From Bacillota bacterium (GTDB taxonomy: Bacteria > Bacillota_I > Bacilli_A > RFN20 > CAG-826), in the NCBI GenBank assembly GCA_030537155.1, contig JAUNOH010000005.1:22282-86281 (forward strand): a stretch of DNA of 64,000 nt, in the 5' to 3' direction. The position numbers and the translations under genes were made by a program. The notes under the pieces are model-generated. The model did not search any database. It was not told where the DNA came from and worked only from the letters and a program-made list of their open reading frames with translations. Shown piece by piece: positions 9,537 to 17,534 of this stretch; position 1 is the stretch's first letter, and every line of letters begins with the position of its first letter.

Positions 9537-10021
9537 GGGAATTTGACGCGAACGGACTAGAATTGGCGAGCTTCCAGGGCGAACTATTCGAGCAATCTAT
9601 CAAAGCCTGCGGGGAATCCTCACCCGTTTTCCTCAGGCGGTTTTTCCTCTCCGATTACGCCGCCACCCTCGATGATGGGGATAGCTCGATTCAATCCCTC
9701 GATTTTAATGAGGCCTTTGAATCCATCCAAAGGCAATACGGACCTAGCCAATATGGCAAAGGCAAATATTCAAGTGAGGGAATGTATTGGTTGGGTTATT
9801 TTGCCAGATACGTATGCTACACGAGGGAATTATCGAGCAGGGCCTTCTATCGACTCTTCGACGTGAAGGACATATATAGCCTCTATGAGTCCTACCATAC
9901 CCAAAGCGAGGAATGGTGCCTCGCGCATCTTCTTGCCAAAAACGGATACACCGAAGCCACGTTGAATAAAAATCAGCGATTATTGGAGGCGCTGAGGGCC
10001 GAATCAAACTTGTCACTCTAG
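9533..10021 (+). CDS. DUF3791-like partner protein
   Basis: ATGA overlap with the upstream gene. The C-terminal SLYESYHTQSEEWCLAHLL resembles the DUF3791 y..lHtqs motif. The last 7 codons (ESNLSL*) lie inside the direct repeat. Confidence 0.5.
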   Translation: MREFDANGLELASFQGELFEQSIKACGESSPVFLRRFFLSDYAATLDDGDSSIQSLDFNEAFESIQRQYGPSQYGKGKYSSEGMYWLGYFARYVCYTRELSSRAFYRLFDVKDIYSLYESYHTQSEEWCLAHLLAKNGYTEATLNKNQRLLEALRAESNLSL

Positions 10022-10040
10022 TTTTGGAGTAACAAGTTTA
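10001..10040 (+). repeat. direct repeat copy 2
   Basis: See copy 1. It lies exactly 1390 bp downstream and is followed by a separate terminator-like hairpin at about 10052-10090. Confidence 0.9.
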
Positions 10041-10088
10041 GTGGTCACGTTAAAAACCGCCCGAGCATCGAACTCAGGCGGCTTTGCT

Positions 10089-10352
10089 TTATCCGATATA
10101 GCCTTGGTGCTTCCCGCTGGAGAAGTACTTTATGGCATAGGAGCAGGTGGCTTTGTAGGAATATCCCTTCTCGAGGCAATACCCCTTCACCTCCTCCATG
10201 AGCTTCCCGGCGATCCCCTGCCCCCTTAGGGAGGGATCAACCACGGTTTGGAGGATGTCTAACACCCCATCCTTTATCTGGAAGCGGACGAAGGCCAGCT
10301 TCTTATCATCCCAATAATAGGAGATCTCGGTTTCGCTTATTCTTTTTTCCAT
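10089..10352 (-). CDS. small GNAT-like acetyltransferase-fold protein (YjdJ/Acetyltransf_CG type)
   Basis: 87 aa with VVDPSLRGQGIAGKLMEEV, a Q/RxxGxG/A acetyl-CoA loop. Confidence 0.65.
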   Translation of the reverse strand: MEKRISETEISYYWDDKKLAFVRFQIKDGVLDILQTVVDPSLRGQGIAGKLMEEVKGYCLEKGYSYKATCSYAIKYFSSGKHQGYIG

Positions 10353-10359
10353 ACGAGCA

Positions 10360-11220
10360 TTATAACGCCTTTATATCCTCAGCTAGGAAATCGACGCTTA
10401 CGATTTTCATCTTATATATCGGCCCGTCGGCCAATTTACACATGAAGCGGAATAACCACGGTATCTTCTTATCTTTCCTTAAATCCACATACCCGAGCAT
10501 ATAACCCTTTCCGGATACCGCTATATCTTTGGATATCGCCGACAATTCACTTATATCGTTTAGGTAGAATAGCGAGGAGACCTTCATCTTCCCCTTCTTC
10601 AGATATTGCTTGTTCATCGTCTTGACGGCCTTTTTGCTCCCGATGTCGAAGATGAGCCGGGCCCCGGGGAAGCGTTTGGATAACGATAGGATCAAAGACT
10701 CCACCTCTTCTCTGCTGAGGTAATAGAAGACGCCCAGGGCGAAGAAGATGGCCCCATGGCTAGCGTCGATGCCTTCCATCCAGGAATACTCGTTGAGATT
10801 GCCGGCTATGCTGGTCTCGTTTTCCTTAGGCGGGAATAAAGATTCCCTCAGCTTGATGACGTCGGGGAAATCGACGTTATAGATATGGCACTGGCCATTG
10901 GAAGAGGATTCCCCGCTTCGATCGAGGCCGCAGCCGAGGTTTACCACCGCCGCTTTGGGGTGCTTTGATAAATATTCCTCTATCTCCAATTTGGCATCAT
11001 ATTGCCGCATGGCCACCTCGAGGATCCCGAAGCGATAGAAATATTTATTCATCTTCTTCGCCAAAAAGGAGAAGTCATAGTCTAGTTTCTCAATGGCCCC
11101 CGCCGCTTCCTCGTCTTGGAATAGCTGGGGGTATATCTGGCTGCAGAGCTTCCTCCCATACAGGGGGATTATCAATGTCTCAGCCACGCTTCCAGTGGCG
11201 ACCTTAATCTTGTTAGTCAT
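10360..11220 (-). CDS. class I SAM-dependent methyltransferase (TcmP/LCM-like O-methyltransferase family)
   Basis: VVNLGCGLD SAM-binding motif; 286 aa. Confidence 0.65.
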   Translation of the reverse strand: MTNKIKVATGSVAETLIIPLYGRKLCSQIYPQLFQDEEAAGAIEKLDYDFSFLAKKMNKYFYRFGILEVAMRQYDAKLEIEEYLSKHPKAAVVNLGCGLDRSGESSSNGQCHIYNVDFPDVIKLRESLFPPKENETSIAGNLNEYSWMEGIDASHGAIFFALGVFYYLSREEVESLILSLSKRFPGARLIFDIGSKKAVKTMNKQYLKKGKMKVSSLFYLNDISELSAISKDIAVSGKGYMLGYVDLRKDKKIPWLFRFMCKLADGPIYKMKIVSVDFLAEDIKAL

Positions 11221-11250
11221 AGCTAATCAATGATAGGCCACCTGCCTGAT

Positions 11251-11275
11251 AAAAGAAAAGGGGATTAATCCCCTT
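11251..11275 (-). terminator. rho-independent terminator of the HTH gene
   Basis: The hairpin AAGGGGATTAATCCCCTT includes the stop codon. It is followed by TTCTTTTAT on the minus strand. Confidence 0.55.
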
Positions 11276-11807
11276 CCTCCTTCTCATCTCCCCTGATCCG
11301 GAACTTTTTCCCCTTGGAGTTGATGAAGACGGCGTTCCCGCTCACGCGGAGCTTGACCCCGTTTTTCTCGATCGTGACCTCGTCGCCATCGATCTTCATG
11401 TTCTTCAGATCCTCATCGTCGAGATCGAGCATATCGTCAAGCCTATCCAACTCGTCCAGCCTCTTCAATTTCTTCAACCGATCTACGCTCATCTTGAAGC
11501 CCGGGATATCGATATCGACGATTTTATCGCCACCTTCCTCATCGTCCTCGTCATCATCCTCGGGCGCTTTCTTATCCGCCGCCTCGGCCACGGCCGGCTC
11601 CTCACTGGAGAAATTGGTCTCCTCCACGGGCTTTTCGGTATCGAGCAATTCGTCGATGGTGATGCCATATAGCTTGGCTAGGGAGATCAGATTATCGATG
11701 TCGGGGCTGGATTCGGCCCTCTCCCACTTGGAGACGGCCTGGCGGGAGACCCCGATCTTCTCCCCCAGTTCCTCTTGTGAGTATCCGCGCCTCTTCCATA
11801 ATTCCAT
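11265..11807 (-). CDS. XRE-family HTH regulator with an acidic C-terminal extension
   Basis: N-terminus RRGYSQEELGEKIGVSRQAVSKWERAESSPDIDNLISLAKLYGITIDELL, followed by a D/E-rich tail. Confidence 0.8.
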   Translation of the reverse strand: MELWKRRGYSQEELGEKIGVSRQAVSKWERAESSPDIDNLISLAKLYGITIDELLDTEKPVEETNFSSEEPAVAEAADKKAPEDDDEDDEEGGDKIVDIDIPGFKMSVDRLKKLKRLDELDRLDDMLDLDDEDLKNMKIDGDEVTIEKNGVKLRVSGNAVFINSKGKKFRIRGDEKEEGD

Positions 11808-11938
11808 TAGCCTATTTGCGATCGCGATGTTCGTTGCTTATCTCCTTTGGCCATTATCCTATTTTCAAAAGCCCCATCAGTCTAACAACTCCACCTTTCA
11901 TTTTGTCAACTGATGGTTGACACGCTCACATAGGCACA

Positions 11939-11960
11939 GAAAAAACCAGCATAGCTGGTT
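11939..11960 (-). terminator. rho-independent terminator after the GH13 gene
   Basis: AACCAGC-ATA-GCTGGTT hairpin followed by T6 on the minus strand, 16 bp after the stop at 11976. Confidence 0.7.
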
Positions 11961-11975
11961 AATTCCCTTTCCGAC

Positions 11976-13688
11976 TCATGATCTTTTTACGAAGAAACCA
12001 TTGGGGAGGATGGATTCCCCATCGTAATTGAGGGATAAATCCGGATCCTTCTCCTTGATGGCTATCTTTTCGTTGGTCGCGTTCCAGAGTATCAATAACG
12101 ATCCATTCTCGCTTTGATAGGAGACCTCCAATAGGCCATCCCTCTCCTTGAATTCCCTTTTGGCGTCCACCAGCGGATAGGAGTTCCTGATGGCTATCAT
12201 CTCCTTTATGTATTTATAGATGAACTTATCTTGTCCTGCCTCATCCCAGGGGAAGCATCTACGGCAATCAATATTATCTTTTCCGGGTAGCCCCACTTCA
12301 TCCCCGTAATAGAGGCTGGGCAATCCGGGATAAAGGAACATCAATAGGTGGGCCGATAGATAGACGTCGCGGTTGAAGCCGCATTCGTCTAATAGCCTCT
12401 TCTTGTCGTGACTATCGATGAGGTTAAGGAGGTTATGGTTGACCGGCTCCTTATACCTGGCCCATAACCCATTGAGGTTATCGGCCATCGCTTTGGCGCC
12501 ATATCGCTTATCGACGAAGAACTCCTCGGCCAGGCGGGTGAAGCCATAGTTCATGATGGAGTCGAATTGGTCGCCATAATTCAGGAAGCTCTCCCCGTTA
12601 TGCCAATCCTCGCCCAAGAGGAGAAAATCGGGGTCTAACTCACGCATGGCGAAATGGAGTTTCCTCCAGAAGGTATGAGCGCATTCATCGCCCACGTCGA
12701 GGCGGAAGCCATCGGGATGGTATTTCTCGTATATCTCCCTGCTGATTTTAAGGAAATAATTCGCGGATCCCCTATCGTTTAGGTTGTTCTTCGGCATATA
12801 GGGATGGAGGCCGAATGATTCATAGTTCCCCTTCTCGAAACTGGGCTTCTCGCCATGGATAAGGAACCAATCGTAATATGGCGATTCCCTGCCTTTTGCC
12901 ACCACATCCTTGAATATCGGGTTTTGGCAGGACATATGGTTGTAAACCATATCCAATATGAGCAATACGTCGTTTTTGTGGCATTCGTCCGCTAATTCTT
13001 TTAGGTCCTCATCGGTGCCGAAATCGGGATCTACCGAGCCATATTCGATGGTGTCGTATTTATGGTTAGTGGAGCCTTTCCAGACGGGGTTTAGATAGAT
13101 GCCACCTATGCCCAGTTCCTTGAGGTATCCGATCTTGCTTTTTATGCCTTTGAGGTTGCCACCGGCGAAGGTCCCTATCCCGACTGGATCGCCCCACTTT
13201 ATCAATGTCTTGGAATGAGGCAATGACTCGTCTCTGCAGAAGCGGTCAGGGAATATCTGATAGAACACCCTGTCGGCGAATTTCCTATTTGGATAGATGA
13301 CGTCGCTTGGGTTGATATAGGGTAGCTGAAAGACGTTGTAGCAGGTCTCCCCCATCTCGTAGGTATCACTCACTCCGGCCTCGGAGAAATAGACGATATT
13401 TCCTTGGGTATCCTCTAACTCAAAGACATAGATGATGCGGACATCCGGGAGATATAAGGTGGTTTGGTAATAGTCATGTAGGGAGTCCGAATAGGATAGG
13501 GCCAAATCAACCTTCTTTTGGTCTTTTACGCCGCGGAATTTGCCTTGGTAGATGATGGAGGCACGCTTAAGGTTTGGGTCGCCTTTGGCGGCCAATAACG
13601 TGACTAAGGCCGTATGCTCATCCAGGGCATAGCAAAAGCGGGAATCCGACTCATGGAAGAGGGCGGGGAGGTTGATTAGGGAGTTCAT
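11976..13688 (-). CDS. glycoside hydrolase family 13 (cyclomaltodextrinase/neopullulanase-like alpha-amylase)
   Basis: GH13 conserved regions DGFRLDVGDE, LLGEDWH and NLIDSHD. The track ORF starts at a TTG (13706); the ATG at 13688 is more likely. Confidence 0.85.
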   Translation of the reverse strand: MNSLINLPALFHESDSRFCYALDEHTALVTLLAAKGDPNLKRASIIYQGKFRGVKDQKKVDLALSYSDSLHDYYQTTLYLPDVRIIYVFELEDTQGNIVYFSEAGVSDTYEMGETCYNVFQLPYINPSDVIYPNRKFADRVFYQIFPDRFCRDESLPHSKTLIKWGDPVGIGTFAGGNLKGIKSKIGYLKELGIGGIYLNPVWKGSTNHKYDTIEYGSVDPDFGTDEDLKELADECHKNDVLLILDMVYNHMSCQNPIFKDVVAKGRESPYYDWFLIHGEKPSFEKGNYESFGLHPYMPKNNLNDRGSANYFLKISREIYEKYHPDGFRLDVGDECAHTFWRKLHFAMRELDPDFLLLGEDWHNGESFLNYGDQFDSIMNYGFTRLAEEFFVDKRYGAKAMADNLNGLWARYKEPVNHNLLNLIDSHDKKRLLDECGFNRDVYLSAHLLMFLYPGLPSLYYGDEVGLPGKDNIDCRRCFPWDEAGQDKFIYKYIKEMIAIRNSYPLVDAKREFKERDGLLEVSYQSENGSLLILWNATNEKIAIKEKDPDLSLNYDGESILPNGFFVKRS

Positions 13689-13784
13689 GAGTTGATTGTA
13701 TAACAAGCCATAGCAAACATGAAAATCGGATTAGCTATTGCTTGGCAATCTGGAAGGGGACAAGGGAGACGGCCTGAAGTTACA

Positions 13785-16700
13785 TTATTCAATTCCGTGA
13801 TGTTTATATCCTAAGAAATAGGAAAGCATCTCTTCTTCGGTAATCAACCCTTTGCCCACTGCAACTTTTAAATATTTAACGTTGTACCGCGTGAATTGCT
13901 CGTATGAAACATATGCGGAGAAATCGTCGTATGTATATAGTCCATATGCCGCAATGTCCTGTTCCATTAGCTCCTCGTCATATTTGAGGTCTTCGCCGAC
14001 TTCGAAAATATTCAAATTGAAGACTTCCGGAATAACAGTAAGAATACCGTTTGCAACGAAATTCCAATTGTTTTCGGTTATGATGTCATACACTTCGACT
14101 GCTCGAGTCTCTTCTTCGATTCTTGTAACTGTCTTAGACGAAACCGCCCCGTCCTCGTAGGCAAGGACCGATTTTCCAATATGTTCTTCATCGCTCGAAT
14201 CGATTGTGAAATACTCCAAAGTTTCCAAATCGAAATATGATTGGCCGCCCGATGTTTCTAAATACGTCCCGTCGTCGAAGAACACAGTGACAACATGACG
14301 TTCAACCTCTTCCCTCCTTTCGATATAGATAACAGAAGCTTCTTCGTAGCATCCGTTAAAGAAACTGTAGGACATCACTGTGTCTTCTAAAGAAATGTCT
14401 TCCACTGCTTTCGGGGAGCCGTCCGCCATCGAGATCATGGAACCAGCCAAAATGCATGATTGAGAATAGTACCAATAAGCAGTGAGGTCATAATTTGCCC
14501 CTGCGGTAAATGGATCAGAATAGCCGTTAAGTCCCATATCGGCCGGATTGCATGTCACCGTATTGGTGAAGCTGTAGGAAGAGTCGTTTTCCACAGAAAG
14601 GCCGTCCAAATTAGTCTCGGTTTTAACGTCTTGATTGGCGGCGTAATTCATCAAAGAGGACGTCCCGGTCAATACATATTGCAGTTTGAAATAAGCTCCG
14701 AAAGCAACATAAACAACCGAGGTGGATGGTTTGCTAGTCGACCCCATGCCAGTGCTCTGACCAACCGAATAATAGCTACTAGAGTCATTCTTATTCCAGG
14801 ACTCGTAGACAACCCACGAGAAGTGGCCGGTACCTGAATTCCATCCTTGGCCATCGCCGCTCCACTTGGTCTCGCCCGTCTTAATGTCGTAGTAGAAAGA
14901 TAATGACACGGCTTCGGCAGGGGTAATGGTCAAAGTATAGTCGTCATCCATGAGGAAAAGTGATCCGTTAACCAAACTGGTCACATCGGTACCCGACGAA
15001 TCCTTAAGAGAATATGTTCGCGTCCTCGTAACATTAATCTTTATGTACATTCCGATATCGATATTGAACGAAGACGCACTGGTGCCCAGACTGGTGGTTT
15101 CGCCGCTTTCGCTAGAGCTTTGGAAAATTTCGTAGCCATAAACGCTGTGTGCGAACGAAACGTCCTCGACAACCACCGTCAAGGTATGCGTGGTTGCAAA
15201 GGCCCCGGCCCAACAATATTGACTATCGTAAAAAATAGATGTGTAAGTCGCAGGCGCAGTGAAATTAGAATTCACGATCTCATTTGTGGGGGTGTTATAC
15301 ATAATCCCTGTAGTTATTACGCTGCAGCTGCTGCCCGCATATCCCTCATCAGATGTCACGGTGAACTGCGTAGATGCGGGCGCCAACGAAAAATCCAAAA
15401 CCGCCCCTCCTTCGACCAGGGTCGTATGCTGAATATTGGCTCCAAGCGCAGCGTTCCCGCTACCATCTGTATTCAAAGCCAAGGTGCCATTCATTATGAA
15501 TTGGGCGTCTTCACCACCGTCATACGAATATAGAACCGACGCATCGTCGCTGCTCAACACCGCTCCGGCCGCATCATGAAAAATCAATTCGTTATTGACG
15601 TTAAAAGTCCCGCCCTGCAGCACCTCCATATATGATCCTAAAAGGAACTTCATACGGTAAGGCATAGTGAAAACTGCCCCACTTTGAATATACATATTCA
15701 TTTTGCACGAAACTGGTAGAAAACAATTTCTAGTATCAAGGGTGGCGCTTATGCCAGACATGCTTACCGAATAATAGAGGTAGCCTAGCGTCGCCTCCCC
15801 GGCAAAAACTATATTCGTTTTTGCACTGTAATCCCTCAAGGTATATCTAACATCCGTTGGATAATACTCCATGGTTATCGAACCCGACGACATATAGAAC
15901 ATGGATTCTTCGGAAGTATTGTTAGTTATCATCGTTACAGTTTTGCTCATGGCGGTGCCACTCGGTCCAACCATGAGAATATCCGCATTAAGCTTGGCTC
16001 CACAATTAATAGTTGTATAAGTCTGGGATGCCGGAAGATCGAACGTCCAAAATGGAACCTGATTCGCTGTAAGCAAGCTCCCTAAACGTCCCTGCGAGCC
16101 AGCATCGTATGTTGCTATGAATGTGTTCATCACGGATCCGGAATTAAGCAAAAGGTACCTATCTTGATCGAATGAGTTATTAATGATTCCACTATTCGAC
16201 TCTTGAAATGGGTTTGCGTAATCGTCATAGCTTTCTTTGATATAGCCGAAGCAATCTAGGGTCCCGTTAACGGTAATCGAACTTCCGAATCCCAAATTAA
16301 TTTCGCTATAGTAGCCATTGTTTCCACTAACGCTCGCAACCCCACCTATTTGCAAAGTCCCGTTGACAACAATATCGGCTCCTTCCCTCATATTCAGGAG
16401 GATCCGGCGATACAAATTAACGTTGCTGGAGCTTTGATCCCCTGCCTTGCCGCCATAAGCGTCCCTGTTGTCCGCGCTGTCTAACCGATACATAGGGCTG
16501 GTAGTATCGCTTGATTTAGCTTTGCCTTGAAAAGGAAGGCACAATGTAACACCGCTCGGAATGGTTAATGTTGTTTCACAGTCGATGGATTGCCCGGTGT
16601 AAACATAAACGGTGCTGTTAGCGGAAGCTGAATTAAGGGCCGCGGAAATTGAAGTGTACTGAGTTCCTGTAGAGCTGTTGTAACAAAGGGCGGTCGTAGT

Positions 16701-16838
16701 CGAAATTGTGTTACTGACACTGGCGCTATTAACCGTGTATTCGGCGTCCCAAACCCAAGAAGCTTCACCAATGGTTACGCAAAGAATGGAGAGAAAAACC
16801 CCTAGAAACATAAAGATTTTTCCAAGAGCCTTTTTCAT
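13785..16838 (-). CDS. 1017-aa secreted/anchored beta-helix-like protein with a C-terminal Hint (intein-like) domain and an 80-aa tail
   Basis: N-terminal signal-anchor MKKALGKIFMFLGVFLSILCVTIG. The body is S/T/N/G-rich with repeated xxNGTLxx strands. The Hint-like blocks are CILAGSMISMADGSPKAVEDISLEDTVMS and VYDIITENNWNFVANGIL. Codon usage is AT-richer than in the flanking genes. Confidence 0.75.
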   Translation of the reverse strand: MKKALGKIFMFLGVFLSILCVTIGEASWVWDAEYTVNSASVSNTISTTTALCYNSSTGTQYTSISAALNSASANSTVYVYTGQSIDCETTLTIPSGVTLCLPFQGKAKSSDTTSPMYRLDSADNRDAYGGKAGDQSSSNVNLYRRILLNMREGADIVVNGTLQIGGVASVSGNNGYYSEINLGFGSSITVNGTLDCFGYIKESYDDYANPFQESNSGIINNSFDQDRYLLLNSGSVMNTFIATYDAGSQGRLGSLLTANQVPFWTFDLPASQTYTTINCGAKLNADILMVGPSGTAMSKTVTMITNNTSEESMFYMSSGSITMEYYPTDVRYTLRDYSAKTNIVFAGEATLGYLYYSVSMSGISATLDTRNCFLPVSCKMNMYIQSGAVFTMPYRMKFLLGSYMEVLQGGTFNVNNELIFHDAAGAVLSSDDASVLYSYDGGEDAQFIMNGTLALNTDGSGNAALGANIQHTTLVEGGAVLDFSLAPASTQFTVTSDEGYAGSSCSVITTGIMYNTPTNEIVNSNFTAPATYTSIFYDSQYCWAGAFATTHTLTVVVEDVSFAHSVYGYEIFQSSSESGETTSLGTSASSFNIDIGMYIKINVTRTRTYSLKDSSGTDVTSLVNGSLFLMDDDYTLTITPAEAVSLSFYYDIKTGETKWSGDGQGWNSGTGHFSWVVYESWNKNDSSSYYSVGQSTGMGSTSKPSTSVVYVAFGAYFKLQYVLTGTSSLMNYAANQDVKTETNLDGLSVENDSSYSFTNTVTCNPADMGLNGYSDPFTAGANYDLTAYWYYSQSCILAGSMISMADGSPKAVEDISLEDTVMSYSFFNGCYEEASVIYIERREEVERHVVTVFFDDGTYLETSGGQSYFDLETLEYFTIDSSDEEHIGKSVLAYEDGAVSSKTVTRIEEETRAVEVYDIITENNWNFVANGILTVIPEVFNLNIFEVGEDLKYDEELMEQDIAAYGLYTYDDFSAYVSYEQFTRYNVKYLKVAVGKGLITEEEMLSYFLGYKHHGIE
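14028..14456 (-). other. Hint/bacterial-intein-like domain within the 1017-aa ORF (residues ~795-937)
   Basis: Cys795 (TGC at 14456..14454) opens an A-block-like motif. An F/G-block-like NFVANGIL is present, but there is no terminal His-Asn and no canonical TxxH. Confidence 0.6.
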
Positions 16839-16839
16839 T

Positions 16840-17103
16840 TCAAGCCAGCTCCTTGAAAATCGACAAATTAAAAGTGAGCGGGCTGACAGTAATCAAAGAG
16901 TAGAAATTTCCAGTAAACCCAAAGGAGAGATAGAAATAGGTAGTATCCGAAATGGTGAGCACATCACTCGAACACAACATTGACACACCATAGGTTAGTG
17001 AGCTCTCGTCGCTATTAGACAGTTCAATTGATTGCTCAGAATAGTAGCCGGTATCGGTGGAGGAAGTTAAAGATATTCCGCCGAAATACGAGCTTGAACT
17101 CAA
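16840..17103 (-). CDS. hypothetical S/T-rich small protein (TTG start overlapping the upstream stop; it may belong with the upstream ORF)
   Basis: 87-codon ORF with the only start a TTG in TATTGAGT. Its stop is 1 nt before the ATG of the 1017-aa ORF. No recognisable motif. Confidence 0.4.
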   Translation of the reverse strand: MSSSSYFGGISLTSSTDTGYYSEQSIELSNSDESSLTYGVSMLCSSDVLTISDTTYFYLSFGFTGNFYSLITVSPLTFNLSIFKELA

Positions 17104-17534
17104 TATTCCCGAGTTGTTACACGAAAATCGATTGTGAAAGAAAAAACACTACCGTCAGTCGAGCTAGTCAATAAATTGTTATCGCTCGCCTCCGCTGCGT
17201 TAAAACCAATCTCATAAACGAGGTCTGCGCTATCGACAACCTCTCCGGCAACGTCGAGACCTTGATCACAAACTGAGAAGTCTGCATTAACACTGGCGGA
17301 AACAAAGCAATCCGCCACAACTGTACCGGTGACTAGTTTGCCCACGGTAGCGTCTATTTCGACAAATGCCGACGTGTTACCCACATTCCACGACGAGAAA
17401 CCAACCCCAATGCAGGAAACAATTGCCAAGACCAAAATGAAAGCTGGATGTGAAAGCCTATGCCTCTTTCCTTTGCCGAGCTTTATTTCGGACGAAGTGT
17501 TTGATATATCTTTATTCCGCTTTCTCAGTTTCAT
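17100..17534 (-). CDS. hypothetical membrane-anchored/secreted small protein
   Basis: Basic N-terminus and a TM segment AFILVLAIVSCIGVGFSSW. The motif C-x3-G-x-S-S-W is shared with the 1017-aa ORF (CVTIGEASW). Confidence 0.55.
   Translation of the reverse strand: MKLRKRNKDISNTSSEIKLGKGKRHRLSHPAFILVLAIVSCIGVGFSSWNVGNTSAFVEIDATVGKLVTGTVVADCFVSASVNADFSVCDQGLDVAGEVVDSADLVYEIGFNAAEASDNNLLTSSTDGSVFSFTIDFRVTTREY

Noticed and set aside
13785-16838. The Hint module considered as a true protein-splicing intein or mobile intein.
   Set aside because: There is no homing-endonuclease insert, no terminal His-Asn with a +1 Cys/Ser/Thr, no TxxH block, and no recognisable host protein (extein) interrupted by it. 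It fits a bacterial intein-like autoprocessing domain better.
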